DNA of 64,000 nucleotides, from contig MNCI01000425.1 of NCBI GenBank assembly GCA_015680685.1, positions 170,246 to 234,245 on the forward strand. The letters run 5' to 3'. Source of the DNA: Gnetum montanum. Taxonomy: Eukaryota > Plantae > Gnetophyta. Numbering within the stretch: the first letter of the stretch is position 1; each line of letters starts with the position of its first letter. Below the pieces are notes generated by a model. It was given only the letters and a program-made list of their open reading frames with translations. It ran no database searches and had not been told where the DNA came from. This document shows, piece by piece, positions 1 through 13,502 of this stretch. The translations under genes were made by a program, and so were the position numbers.

Positions 1-1520
1 ATTCATTCTTTTGGCTAGGTTCTTGGTAAAAAATCTTTGATCAATGTATATGTGCTTGAGAACCTCAAGTTCCACATTTTCCACTGCAAGCTTTTGATTC
101 GTGTCCATGTGGTGCTTGAACTTGGCCTCATACAACAAGTACAAGCTGGTCACTTGATTTTCTAATTCTAACCATGATCATTTGATAGTCAACATAGCTA
201 GATTTGTATATTGGAGATTAGTAAGCTCCTTGTATTTTATCATGTCCTTAATATACAACTCCTTCATGCAGATTTTCTTCTTATTCTAGGCATCTATCCC
301 ATCAATGAGAGTTTGTTAACTTCTCTTCCTTATTGGAGTTGTTGGAGGGTTTCATTTACTTTTACCTTCACCAACTAGATGTGCTTTTCATTAACTTCTT
401 TCTATATACTGACTTGACTTCTGTCATGATCCTTAACTCTCTTAAATTTGAGAGCCTCTAAGTTCTAGGTAGCTACCTCTATTGTAATCTTCTAGTGAAG
501 GGCATAGACCCCCTCCATGGACTGCTTTTTGTTTTCAATTGCCAATTTCCTTAGCTCTATGTTCATTCTAGCTAGTTTCTCCTACTGTTAATGGATAAAG
601 TTGGTCAACTATTGTTTATCCTCATCAACATTTCATAGGCAATATTTTTCTATGGTCAATTGCACATTCTCCTAGAGGGTCAAATCCAAGGCCTTCTGAA
701 TTTTGTATTGGTTAGCCTCTACCAAGGATCAATAGAACACTGTTGTCTCCATTCCACCCTCAACCTCTTTCAATCTTGTGTGAAGCTATTCAAGAGCATT
801 ATCTTTTGTCAATGCTAAGTTGAGAAATGTAGGATCAACAATTTGAACTCTTAATTCAACAACTTCAATAGCTAAGTATTCGTTTAGCTCCTTGGTTGTT
901 TCAAGTTGCCCCTCCAAGATGATATTTTTACCCCTTACCTCTAGTAGCTCTAACTGGGTTGTAGTAATAATATCTAAAAGAATGAAGACATCCAAAAGTA
1001 GCTACCTAGTTCCCATTAGTTGGTCCAATAGTTCTTCATTTTTTGTTGTGCTTAATTTATCACTTATGATTCTTGCAGATGTCTGCATGTCTTTCAGTGC
1101 AGTGACATTTGGTACAAATGTTGTAGGTGCATTGAGTGTTTTAGAAATTCTATCAACAACCACCTTTGCTACTATCTCCTATCCTTGGTGCTTCATCATT
1201 AGCATTATTTCCCCCGCACCTTCCTCTAAGAGTAGCGAGAATGTCATAGCATTTCCTTAAATTTCTAGGAGTGGATGCTATTCTACAAGATATACTATGA
1301 CCACTCTAGTGCTAGGATTCAACCTTGTGGACAACTACATTCATTGGGCTAAGAAAAATGATCCACCTTCCCCCATCAGGCTGATTTTTCAGGCCACCTT
1401 GTTTAGGTGACTCATCGTTGGCTAGTACATAGATGGGTCCCCATCACTCATGCCTACTCATTGTTCTTATTCACTCAACAGCCATTCTTGGTATTTGTGT
1501 AATGATTGGGCATAATTTAG
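1..1520 (-). pseudogene. C-terminal coiled-coil part of the Athila 3' accessory (env-position) ORF
   Basis: E/L/K-rich heptad-like translation (ORF 786-995). Nucleotide homology with 43000-44300, e.g. ctagtgaagggcatagaccccctccat (~492) versus ctagtgaagggtacaaaccccctccat (~43634). Confidence 0.7.
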
Positions 1521-1524
1521 TTTT

Positions 1525-2330
1525 TTGTAGTAGGCCCAAAGGGCATCATTTAGTTTTGTGCTCTAGTCTCTCCTATATTTGCTAATAGTTCTTATTAGAA
1601 TCTTTGTGATCTCCCTGTTAGTCACTTCTACTTAACCGTTGGCCTAAGGGTAATAGGATGTTATTAGTTTATGTGCAACCCCTAACTATTGCAAGAATTT
1701 TCAAAAAGTAACACCTATAGAATGGGTTCCATTGCCAAAAATTAGTGTACATGACACCCTAGACCAATTCAAAACATTTTGTTGTATAAATTAAGTAGAA
1801 GTCGATGATGTACAGTAGATGACAAGAACTACTTCTACCAATTTGGTACAATATTCAATTATGAAAATTATATATGCCTTCTCACTGGACATGGTTGTGA
1901 TGGAACCATGAAATCTATTCCCCATATATCAAAGGGTTCTAGTGGTTGAATCCATTGTTGAGGACCCTCTAGTAAAGCAATCATCCCATCATCTCTTTGA
2001 TAGCATTCACAAGATCAAACAAATTGGTTGGTGTCATTGAATATTATGGGCTAATAGTATCTTACCATTATGATTTTTATGGTCATGCATCTTCCAGCTT
2101 ATTGTCCCCCACAAGGACCTTCATGAACATCCTAGAGAACATGTAATTGATCTACATCAAATACACTCCAATGAACTAGGCCATTGACACAAACCTTATA
2201 AAGGTATCTATTAATTTCCATGAATTGCTTAGGATGATGAAGAAACTATTTTTTCTTCTTATGTTCTAGATCTTGTAGCATCTCTTGAGTGAGAAGATAA
2301 GTGAGGATGCCATCATACCATTTTTATTCT
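1525..2330 (-). pseudogene. integrase: Integrase (HHCC and core), C-terminally truncated
   Basis: H...GPCGG HHCC region, WGIDF-like motif, GTHS (DRGTHF-like) motif, YYP.ANG.VEVTNREI and LNDALWAY, read on the minus strand through stops. Confidence 0.85.
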
Positions 2331-2419
2331 AAGGGAATTTGTTCATTTATTATAATAGTAAAGAGAATTTCATCAGGAAATAGATCAGATAACAAGCTTT
2401 CCTTCTCTTTATTATCCCA

Positions 2420-2830
2420 TTGTAACTGAGACAAGTGATCAATAGTCACATTCTTAGTCCCCTTTCAATCTACCATTGTAAGATTAAATTCCTACAAAAT
2501 CACCAGCCACCATATAACACAAGGGCTCACCATTGGCTTGTTGATGAGAAGTGGATGGTAGAATGATTAGTGCACAAACACTTTATATCCAAGCACATAG
2601 TGCTTAAAATTTTTCAAAGCATACACCACTACTATCAATCCTTTTTCTAGTGGTGTAATTCAGTTGTGCACCAGCAATGCTTCAACTTATGTAGTGGATG
2701 TAATATGGATGTTTCTTATCATCCAACTATGTTAGCATAGATCCCAACATGTAGTTAGATGCATTTGTCATGATATGGAATGGTCTAGACCAATTAGGTG
2801 CTCATAGAATTGGAGTCTCTACGAGCTTCT
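2420..2830 (-). pseudogene. Ty3/gypsy RNase H
   Basis: PFHIMTNASNYMLG (DAS motif), YTTRKK.IVVVYAF.KFKHY, WLVIL.EFNL, NVTIDHLS. Confidence 0.85.
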
Positions 2831-2949
2831 ATTTGAGGCTTTGAAATGCATTTTCACATTTTTTTTAGTTTAGATGAAGGAAACATCTTTCTTTATTAGC
2901 TTGACCAATAGTTTCATGATCTTAGAGAAATTCTCTATGAATTACTAGT

Positions 2950-3700
2950 AGTAACTAGTGTGTCTAAGGAATGATCAAACATCATTGACAGTTTCTAGTT
3001 GATGGATGATTCCTTGGAAGAACCTTATCTTTTTCGGATCTACCTCCATCCCTTCTTGCAAAACTCGGTATCTCAATACAATGCCCTCTTATACCATGAG
3101 ATGGATATTTGGCCAATTTAGCCATAGATTTGTCTTCACACATCTTTTTAGTACTTTCTCAAGGTGATCTAAGGCTTGTTTGAAGGTAGTTCCATAAGTG
3201 GAGAAGTTGTCCATGAAGACTTCCACTCTACTACATATTTGTTGCTAAAAGATACTTAAGACTAGCTATTGGAAAGTGGTAGGGACATTGTATAGACCAA
3301 AAGGTATCTTGTGATATTGAAAGGTCCCCTAAGGACTTGTGAATGTTGTTTTGTCATGATCTTCTAGTGGAACATAAATTTGGTTATAGCCATTATAACT
3401 ATCCAGAAAACTATAATAGTAATGCCCCGATATGGTGTCCAACACCTTATCAACAAATGGCAATGAAAAATGATCTTTGAATGTTGCCATGTTTAACATC
3501 CTGAAGTTCATACAAACCCACCATTTACCACCTCTCTTTAGCACTATCATGAGTGGACTAACCCATTTGCTATCTGCAATGGAATAGATGAACCCTACCT
3601 TAAGGAGTTGCTTAATTTCCTCTTTGATGATTTTCTTCAAACTTGGGTTCAACCACCATTATGGTTGCCTTCTTGGTTTCATGGATGAATCAATGTAAAT
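2950..3700 (-). pseudogene. RT: Reverse transcriptase
   Basis: ORF 3329-3652 (WVSPL..VLKRGGKWWVCMNFRMLN...FLDSYNGYNQI), followed by IPFGLYNVPTTFQ and VFMDNFSTYG. Confidence 0.95.
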
Positions 3701-4299
3701 GTGATGCTAGCATATCTATGGATCAATTCTAGTGAGTTTAGGATATGACCAAACAAAGGCTATTGGCCATTTTTTGACCACTTTCAACAATTTTTCCTTT
3801 TTCTCAAGAGCAAGTTTGGCATTGAGTATGACTAGCTTGGAATTTTTCAAGAATGCATATTAAAGGCTAGTAAGTATATTTTTCAACTCTAGGGGCTCTT
3901 GTTTAAAATTTTTAGGGATCTCCAACTCTCCCCAATTACTATCATCTTTTTCATCATCAAAGAGTTAGTGATGAACTTGCTCTAGTTCATTCATGCATGT
4001 GACATAAGCACATGTCAAGCTCTTAGTAGGTTCCATGCCCATTGTGCTATTGTCAAAATTAGCAATCAACCACTAGGTACCCTCTTGTTTTGTGGCTACT
4101 GTGTATAGACACCTTTGAATATCTACCTCATGTGCACACTACTTGCATGTGAAAATAGATGTTCATTTCATGGACTAGAGTTTTTACATGCAATGGCACC
4201 CTATATCACTATACATGATGCATGAAACTCATCTCTTCTTAATCTTTTCAAATATATTTTCCTTTGATATCTCCAAGAAAAGATCTCTAATGTCCATTC

Positions 4300-4620
4300 T
4301 TACATCAACACTACTTAACCATGCCCTTCCCATAATGATTGGGAAATCTCCTTGTAGTTTTTAACCTTGATTATTAGAAAATCAATAGGATAAGACCACC
4401 CATAGATAGTGGTCACAATGTCTTCAACCAATCCTAATGGAATAGTGATGGACTAGTCTACTAGTCTCAATCTAATATTTCTCTTCTTGAGAAGTAGCAA
4501 GTTTCAAGTAGTATACATCTCATGAAAAATCAAGTTCAGACTAGAACCTAAATTAAGAAGAGCCTTACATGGCTCATTACCAACAATCTGTAAATAGATA
4601 AGGGAACTACCATGATCAAC
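4300..4620 (-). pseudogene. Aspartic protease
   Basis: ALLNLGSSLNL (decayed ALLDLGSS) at ~4530-4565; FPIIMGRAWL at ~4320-4345. Confidence 0.85.
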
Positions 4621-5942
4621 TAATTTTTTTGGGAAGGTTGTTAGCCTAGATCCAATCAAATATGGCATGGATGAGCATAATAGTATGGATTATTACGACA
4701 TTTAGTTTGAAGGGGACTTGATGGAATGGTTTGTAGAGGATGAAGAAAGAATAAGGATATTAGCCACCTAAGTCTATGAGGGGTTAGTAGGGCTTCTGGG
4801 TTAGAATAATGGTCTTTTACAAGCATGAGGCTTCAAACCCCTCAATTGATGAACCAGTTGTAGATTGATGGCCTTGGTACCATTACGTTGTTATGGCTAG
4901 GCTGTAAGTTCCCTGCATGGATGGAGCAAGTAGTAGTTGTGTTGAGGATTGAGGAATAAGTGTAGAAATAGAAAGAGGATAAAGATAAAATGTGGCATCC
5001 CTACTAGAATGTAGAGAATGAGTTTTTTAGTATTTGGGAAGGTGGTAGTGATGTTGGAAAGGAGAAACATAACTAGAAGAGTCACGTGGAGACAGAGGTT
5101 GCTGAAATTATTACCCATATGGATCTGGTTGCCTATAAGGGTACTATTTCCTTGGTGGTAGCATTCCCCACAACTATGGTTTGTGCCATTATTAACATTG
5201 CTCATATAGTTGCAGTAAAGTTCCACTTGGATAATATTGTTGTTGTTGATGGAACTACCTAGGATTACCTTGAGGATAAGAAAATCTTCTAGGTGTTTTC
5301 CTTCTTGCTAGTTGTGGATTTAGAGGATACACTCCAAATTTCTGTAAATGTGACATAATGGGATAAAATCCCTTAGGATGTTTTTATTGGTAGATGTCAC
5401 ACCCACCATTATCATCTAACATATTTTCTACAGCTTCATCTACTACAACAATTTTTCACTTACCCATTTGGTAGGCACATTCAACTTCTTTCCACCTCTT
5501 GTGGTTATGATCACTACTTTGTTCTCATGATTCTTTGGTGACTTTTAGAGTAGTTTGAAATTTTTCATCTAATGAATCTCACATTTTATCCACCTTAGCC
5601 AAAATTCTAGACATAGATTTTTGGATTGGCAAGCTCTTTTTATTTACCACCTCATCAAGTGGTGATTCTTTCTCACTGTCACAAAATTGAACCTCCCTCT
5701 TTTTGATGGAAGGGTCCTTATTGTACTCCTCTACACTTTCACATTTCCTCAAATCTCCTTCTTATTTTACTACTTTCTCAATTAGCCTTTGCAACTGATG
5801 GGCTTAGAGTTCTAATAGTTTCCCTTGACCAGAGACCCCAAGAGTTCTCCTTATTTCTAATCTAAGTTCATTTATGATATGGCAAAGTTGTTCCAACTAA
5901 GAATAACCATGGCTAGGACATTAGTGTATGAGAGAATAGTAN

Positions 5943-6287
5943 TTTCTTCTCATAGGTGTGATGATACTAAAACATTGGTCTCTTAAGAATGCATGGTGGT
6001 ATATACTCATCCAGATGAAATTGTGTCTAACTTCACCTTCATCTTACATTAGGATGAACAACTATGATGGTGTGATATAGAAGGAAACATTGTAATGCCT
6101 ATTCATAAATTTATGCTCATGATGCTACTTTAAACTCTTAAGAAGTTGGACATCCAATATCTTCTAGAGGATTATGTTGTACATAATTATGACTACCAGG
6201 ACTATCATCCCACTAAAACACAATGCAAAAGAGATGGTCACTAGGAGAAGCACCATGAGTTTGTGAAGGGGAAATGATTCACCAATC
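5943..6287. repeat. Near-exact inverted copy of 6748-7092, bounded by single Ns (probable assembly artefact)
   Basis: Ns at 5942 and 6288. Reverse complement of 6748-7092 with only a few mismatches, whereas every other repeat pair in the window is much more diverged. Confidence 0.85.
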
Positions 6288-7231
6288 NGCTTCGAGTTGC
6301 TAGCAAAGGTTCATCATCATCATTATTTCATTATCACCAATGATTTCCTTTGTTATCCCTTCGATCATTGTGAGCTTTGCGATCATCATTATTATCCCAC
6401 TATTCATCTCCATCACAGTTGTTCTTTCTATAGCATTTGTTAGAACTAGAAGAGGAAGAAAAATATGCATATGAGGAGGGCAAAGAGGGAGGAGGACTAG
6501 CACCACCATGATATCTACCAACTCCTCTTCAACTATCATGGCAACATTCATCACTTTTCTTATGTTTTTGACACTTATCCAAGCCCTTTCCTTGACTACT
6601 ATCTTTACCTGAACCTAGATTGTTGATAGTGGACAATAGTTTCAGGGGCACACCCTCATCACCAGTAATAAGGGGTGAATAATTTTTATGTTGATAGCCC
6701 CTAGAGGAAGGGCCCTCATTATCATCTTGGTTAAGTAAGAATAAAGGATTGGTGAATCATTTCCCCTTCACAAACTCATGGTGCTTCTCCTAGTGACCAT
6801 CTATTTTGCATTGTGTTTTAGTGGGATGATAGTCCTGGTAGTCATAATTATGTACAACATAATCCTCTAGAAGATATTTGATGTCCAACTTCTTAAGAGT
6901 TTAAAGTAGCATCATGAGCATAAATTTATGAATAGGAATTACAATGTTTCCTTCCATATCACACCATCATAGTTGTTCATCCTAATGTAAGATGAAGGTG
7001 AAGTTAGACACAATTTCATCTGGATGAGTATATACCACCATGCATTCTTAAGAGACCAATGTTTTAGTATCATCACACCTATGAGAAGAATAAATTTTGC
7101 AATCCAAATAAAATATCGGTATGCTTATGTGATTATATTTATTATGAAAATGATTTTGAGGCTAGGGTTCATCCAACGATGTTAATGATGTTCACTTAAC
7201 CTAACTAGCACACATTTCAAAAAAAAAAGAG

Positions 7232-7249
7232 TCCCTAGAAATGGTGGAA
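7232..7249 (-). promoter_or_regulatory. Decayed Athila-type tRNA-Asp primer binding site
   Basis: tccctagaaatggtggaa resembles the reverse complement of TGGCGCCGTTGCCGGGGA and abuts the LTR end tgatgag at 7251. Confidence 0.65.
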
Positions 7250-7250
7250 A

Positions 7251-8178
7251 TGATGAGTGCTTGATGTGCCCCTACACCCAACCATATGAATGACAAAGCA
7301 TTCACACATGATCCAGTCGAATTCTACAACTATGTCTTTTGGTACACTAGTCTTCTAGGAAGTGAACTTTTCCCTAATAATCATTCGTTTTATTCTCAAT
7401 TACAATTGTGATGCACATAGTATCATTAAGTGTAATTGAGGCATACGATTTTTATTATTTTATGTTTTATGTTCCTAGTGCTTAAAATAGAGATATGAAG
7501 TAATTTAATAACTAATTTAATTTAACTAATTAACTAATCTCTAACTAGTTCTAACATAAGCACCTAGTCCCACTTTCTGTACACATCCTGAACCCACATA
7601 TCCACTACTAGGATAACCAAGTGCTATGCTACTAGGTGAACCAAGCAATAATACTACATGGATTACTAAACGAATATGTGTTTACACTCGAAGTGGTTGT
7701 ACTTATGCATTTAATCTATTTAGCTTAATTACTTAACTAGTCACTTGAAATCTACTTTAGCTTAATTAATTACATAATTAACGAAAATAATAAATGCATA
7801 AATGAATCATTAATCTATTCAAAGTGTTGCAAGGTTTGATCAAAAGGCTCATCTTTATTGCCATTCACATTCGTGTGTTTAGGTATAATAGTGCTCAAAT
7901 AAAGATCCTTACACTTTATGACTCCTACTATGGGCACTTAGAAAAATATTCTAACTCTTAAATGATAAAACTACAAGAGCTCTACTACAACTATTACAAG
8001 ACCTATCATAAACATGTTTGATAAGCATGTATTTATAGACTTTATTTAAGAGCTATTTCAATGTAGCCCCATAGATGAAGAAAACGCTATGTCATTGCGG
8101 CCATGTCAACAATGCAACATCACATAGATGGGGCTGCATCGACAAGGCCCATCAATGCAACACAATGATGATTCATGA
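7251..8178 (-). repeat. 5' LTR of Athila copy A
   Basis: Termini tgatgag...ttcatga. Shares cccctacacccaaccatatgaat and gactcctactatgggcac blocks with the LTR at 25125-26728, and the first of these with the LTRs at 49892 and 54925. Right end is approximate. Confidence 0.75.
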
Positions 8179-8179
8179 A

Positions 8180-8640
8180 ATAAGTACCCAATTCCTAAGG
8201 TGGATTGAAGAAATAATATCAACAAGAGCTTGCATTCTATAAGCCCTAAACATTGGATGAGGCTTTTTGATTAGCTCTTAATATTGAGAAGAAACTTTTA
8301 ACCAGCCCTAAACTTTTGCCATATATGATTCATATAAGAAGTAAGAGAAAAACAAGAAAGGTTAGGATTCCAAGAAGGACTATTCTAAAGAAGGCGAGAG
8401 GTCAAGAAAATGATGATTATTCAAAGATTTAATACTTCAACTATGGTAAGATGGGACATAAGCAATGGGAATGTAAGAAGCCTAAAGCTTTCAAAGGCAA
8501 GGAACTTCAAACATTAAAGAAGGAAGAGTCTTCACATGAAGGTAATTGTCATGTTCTTAAGATTGAAGATATGATTGAGATTAATTCTTAAAATTTCATG
8601 AGGAATGTTAATACGAATGAAGATCTTGTGAGGATTACTA
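8180..8640 (+). pseudogene. gag: CRM-like gag C-terminal fragment with zinc knuckle
   Basis: YFNYGKMGHKQWECKK (decayed CX2CX4HX4C) at ~8433-8480, homologous to ~48833-48880. Confidence 0.7.
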
Positions 8641-9499
8641 AACAATGTCACTACTTGGATTACCAAGTGAATACTTTTTTATGCTCAAAGTTAGTCACAC
8701 TCATTTTATCAAGTTACTAATGTGCATAAGAAAATAAATCATTAGGTTAAGTTCATTAAAAGTTAATAACATGGGAAAGTAAATACAAAAAAGTAAATCT
8801 AATCTAAGATAGAGTCCTATAATGGATGTAAATCAATCTTAGTCTTTATTGTCATGCATGAAATATGTTCAGATACATTTCACTCAAATAAGGACTCCAA
8901 ATAGTGACCCCAAACCATGCTATAGGTACTTGGTGACTAATACTAGAATTCAAAAACATAGACTATAAAAGTTTTACTACTTGATGCTTTGATGGATGCC
9001 ATTAATGTAGTAAGTTAGTGGTATTTGTAGCTCAAAACACCCACTATAATATTGTAGGGCAATGATATCACAATTCATTTACTTACTACTCATCATGAAG
9101 AAACCCTAGCAAACTTGCCTCTTAAATATTTTATGATTATTTTAGATTATCCTTGGTATAGGATGAGATTTTTAATTTTGTGATTGTCAAAATCTTTTGG
9201 AAAAAATAATGAGGCATTATCCTAATATTAAGACACGATGTAGAAGCTCCAAGTTATGGGTTCAATTTCGGTGTGCAATGTCAAGTTATATAANAATTGT
9301 TAAATGATGTCACCTTGAACTAAGAGGGGAAGAGAATTAGCTAGAGAATCTCTATGAAAAAATACATTACATCAAAACTTCTAGATGCCATACAGAATAA
9401 GTTGACAAAAGAAACTCCAAGTATGAGGCAAAAGTTCTTGAATTTAAGAAGTGTCACTAAATAAAAATTTATTTAATCTTGGTTTAAAATGATGTAAAT

Positions 9500-12400
9500 A
9501 CTTGCTACACCAAGTCCAAGAGCTATGAGCAAGGGGATAAGTAAAAATAATAATAGATGAATGTATCTTTCATGTTGCAAATAGGAATATCCAAATAAGA
9601 GTACCAAATACCAATATGCAAACATACATATATCAAATACCATAAAAAATATCTAATTTTTGAATTAGTGGCATTCCATATCTTCTGAATTTGTTACTTC
9701 CATAACTATACATTTTAATTAACCCTGCAAAGAGAATTAAATATTGGCCAAATATCAGTATTAGAATTGATAAGAATATACATCATCTTGGACCAATATG
9801 GAAAAACATGATGGCCATTAGTCCAATAAAAATTAAGAAAATTATCATGAGAATTTTGAATAGTTATACTTCTATCCAAACCATCCAAAAGATCAAAAAG
9901 TACAAACTATTTGGAAACATTAATGCCATCGAGACTTTGACACTCAAACCAAGTAATCCATTCATTATTCATGCAAAGAGATGAAAGGGGGGACATGCTA
10001 ACCTTACACAATTTATTACAAAGGCATGGATGCTTAAATGCCCATGGTTCATTATGAATGAGAAGCCACCAAGGAGAAACCTTATCAAGCATAGAGGTCA
10101 AATTAGTAATATTATTGAAGTTTCAAAAATTAATAATAAAACTCCAACACTTCCAAATGTGCTTTATGAAAATAGAACCTAATATAGTAATACATTTTGA
10201 AAAGAGGACCTAATTAAAAAAATGAATATCTTTTTAGTAATTACTACCTCTAGACTTACCTATATGTATGTGCTTATGAAAAAGAAGCTTTTAATGCTCT
10301 TCACTAGATAAGCATTTAATCACCTACTTGGTACATAAAACAATCCCTTGCTTATAATAATTTATCAATCCTTATCCATCATCCTCTTTGTGAGAAGTGA
10401 ATATATCCCAAGCAACAAGATAAAATCCTTTTTTAGAATGAATACTACTCCAAAAGAAATTTTGCAAGAGTTGATCAATATGACAAGATGCAAAAATACT
10501 ATGAGCTCAACATGAAGAATAATACACATAAGTCACTTTAATGATATGCTTACAAACAATAAACTTACTAGCCATTGAAATCTTCTTCTCCTTCCACTTA
10601 ATCATTTTCTATTCAATTTTTTTCACTATAACATCCCATAAAGTTTTAGAAGATTCAACAAAGAAAGAAAAGGAATGCCTAAAAATTTAAAAATATCTAA
10701 CTTTATAGAACATGCTAAGATTTAGACGAGGCTTGTTCTTGAAAGCCCTTGTTGGAAAAAATAAAAAAATTTAACAAATTAATCTAAGATCTTGAAAGTT
10801 TGCAATCTTGATCAACATGATAAAAAAGATGATTTGCAATATCTTTGTTATTTTTTATCATAAAAAGGACTCATAGGAAAAATATGTATTTAATAAAGTA
10901 GGGACATTATTTTCAATAAATATTCTTTATAAAAAAATATTTTCCTAATCCATTTGTATAACATGACATAGAAAATCTGTAGCAAGAATGAAGAGATAAG
11001 CAGTAAGATGACAACCTTGCCTTACTAAGAGGTCAAGAGTCAAACTATTAGTAATGCCAATATTTGTAGCCACAAGTGCATTAGCAAATCATATTTCTTT
11101 GAAATCATATTTCCAAAGACAAGAAATAATAAACTACCATTCAATTCTATCATATGCTTTAACATTATTAAGCTTCAAGAAGGCAATTTTTTGATTGGAA
11201 TCCTTAGCCTACTACATACCCTTCCAAGTTATAACAACATTGTCCATAAGAAATTTACCATTGATAAAGTGAGTTTCCACTAGAGAAATTACTTTTGGAA
11301 TTATTAGTTGTAATCTTCTAGTAAGACATTTATCTAGAATTTTAGAAACAAAATTTAGAAGAGTAATATGGTGCTAATCACCAATGTGGAAAATATCACC
11401 TACCTTAGGAATAAGTTTGATGACTTATCTATTCAACTCTTAACTAATTGATCATTGTTAAATGGCTTCTACAAAAACACAATAAAGGTCTAAACCAATA
11501 ATATTCAAATGAATTTTAAAAAAGTCAAGTGGAATTTCATCAAAACATTGAGATTTAGCATTGGTTAAGCTAAACAAAACATATCTAATTTTAGTAAGAG
11601 AGATATCTTATTCAAGAATATTGTTATGATTTCTATAAATAATATTAGGTAAATGATCACAATTAAAAAGAAAATCCTTAACACTAAAACCCTCTAAAAG
11701 AAATATACATTGAAAACATCCTTTAAGAAAATCATTGATAATAAGAGGATCAGAACTAATTTGACCATCAACTTCCGTTGAGTCAATAATAGGTAAATTA
11801 CATTTAATTTTTAAGAATTAAAAGAATTCTTACATGGTTCTCCCTCTATGTTTGACTAGTTAAGATGACTCCTGATGAGGGCACTCTTAACATTATGCAT
11901 ATTCTATTTTTGATGTGAACATAAGCAAGACATTGTTGGAAAATAATATTAAATGGATCATTTTGAAGTGCAATAATAATTAGTTGAATTTCATTATAAT
12001 TTTTTTCTTAGTTTTCTTTTTTCTCTTAGCATATTTCTTACCAAACCAACGGAAAAAATTTTGAACATGATATATAGCATGCAACTACCAAACAATGTAA
12101 CCTGATTTATCAATAGATCTCATTTTTGCATTTCATAAAGATGTTAAAACACCTTTTCAAAAAGAAGTAATAAATAAATATGCATTCATACAAAAGATCT
12201 CTTAATTTTGAAATAGATATTTAAAATGAAATTTCAAATTAAGAAAAGTTGGTAAATGGTCTAAAAGAGTTATAGCTTTGTGAACTACAATCATTTTATC
12301 ACAAAACTAAGAAGAATATTTGGAAAAATAAAATTGGTCAAGCCTTTCAAAATCTAGTTATTACCTTTATGGAGGTTAGACCAAGTAAACTAATCATCAC

Positions 12401-12865
12401 AATAAACATTTACCAAGAAACATTAGATAAAAAAATTTTCTCCTTAAGATCACACCAAATAGAAAGCTGATGGACTACAAGCTAGGAAGAAGCTCCATAA
12501 ATGTTATCATAAGAATTCTTGATCCTATTAAAATTGCTACAAAAAAGCCAAGAAATGTTAAAAAAACTTTAGAGCAAGAACTATCATAGAGTAATTTTCT
12601 TTGTAGGAGTAGTAGGAGCATAAATACCAAAAGAACCTAAATCACCTTAAAGAATTTGCCAAATTGAATAAAAAATAAAAGATAATGAAAGTTGCATCAC
12701 CTTGATTAATAGTATAATTAATAAATAATATTCTAAATTTAAAATTTGAATTTCATGAAGCAGAATGAAATTAGAATCTAAATGTCATGTGTGAAGAAAT
12801 GCATTGGCAACTTTGGTCCAAAGTCTATTAGTAAGACCTTGGACATTCCGTGAAATGATTGACAT
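9500..12865 (-). pseudogene. LINE ORF2 (APE endonuclease, RT, zf-RVT-like C-terminus)
   Basis: Motifs as listed for the LINE; WWLLIHN...CLC at 9907-10101 resembles the zf-RVT region. Confidence 0.8.
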
Positions 12866-13502
12866 TGGATGGAGGGGGAGGAGACCCTTACCCTATTAAT
12901 AAAATTAATATTATCAAAAAAAATAATCTCCATATCCTAACCAATCACTACAAAAAAATTATTAATAGTTAAAATATCTTGAACATGTTGTCTATTTTGA
13001 AGATTTGACATATACTCACCAATAGATAGACTTTCTTGACATTTTTAAATTTTCATGAACCATATGGAAACCATCTAAATAAACAATAAGTTTCTATGAT
13101 ATTTTAGAAATATATATTTTTTTCTCCTTAGTTGTTGAAGAATTCTTTAAAACTAATTTGATTAGAACCTTTCTTAAAATACATTTTATTAAACAATGGT
13201 CAAAGAAAAGAGTGGGCTAATTATCAAAATGTTAATAAAAGAAATCATTGCAGGATTTGCAACATCTATAGAAAAAATATTAACATGATTTATAGCATTT
13301 GTAGAAGGAGCCTTAGCAGCATTTGAAGTAGCTTGTTACTAACATGCTTGCATAACTTTTTCTCACACCATAAAAGAGCATGAAGAAAATATAGGATCAT
13401 CTCAATGATAATAGTGACATGGCTTTGGAAGATTATAATAAACAACCTTCTGAACATAATTAACTTCACCACTACGTAGAAGAATTTTTTGGTTAACTAA
13501 AT

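Larger units (their letters stand above)
1..8178 (-). mobile_element. Athila-like Ty3/gypsy LTR retrotransposon, copy A (decayed; 3' part runs off the left edge of the window)
   Basis: Minus-strand order is LTR (7251-8178), PBS, gag with TTRGGK motif (~5490), PR, RT, RNase H, IN, then a coiled-coil 3' ORF. It is colinear with the copy at 41812-63800. Confidence 0.9.

Noticed and set aside
5943-7092. 345-bp inverted repeat as a hairpin/siRNA locus or foldback element
   Set aside because: One arm is bounded exactly by single Ns, is nearly identical to the other and replaces the expected gag core. This is the signature of a gap-filling artefact.
8650-9330. LTR-like fragment resembling Athila LTR motifs (ctacttggattaccaag)
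   Set aside because: Similarity is short and no termini or TSD were found. Left unannotated.
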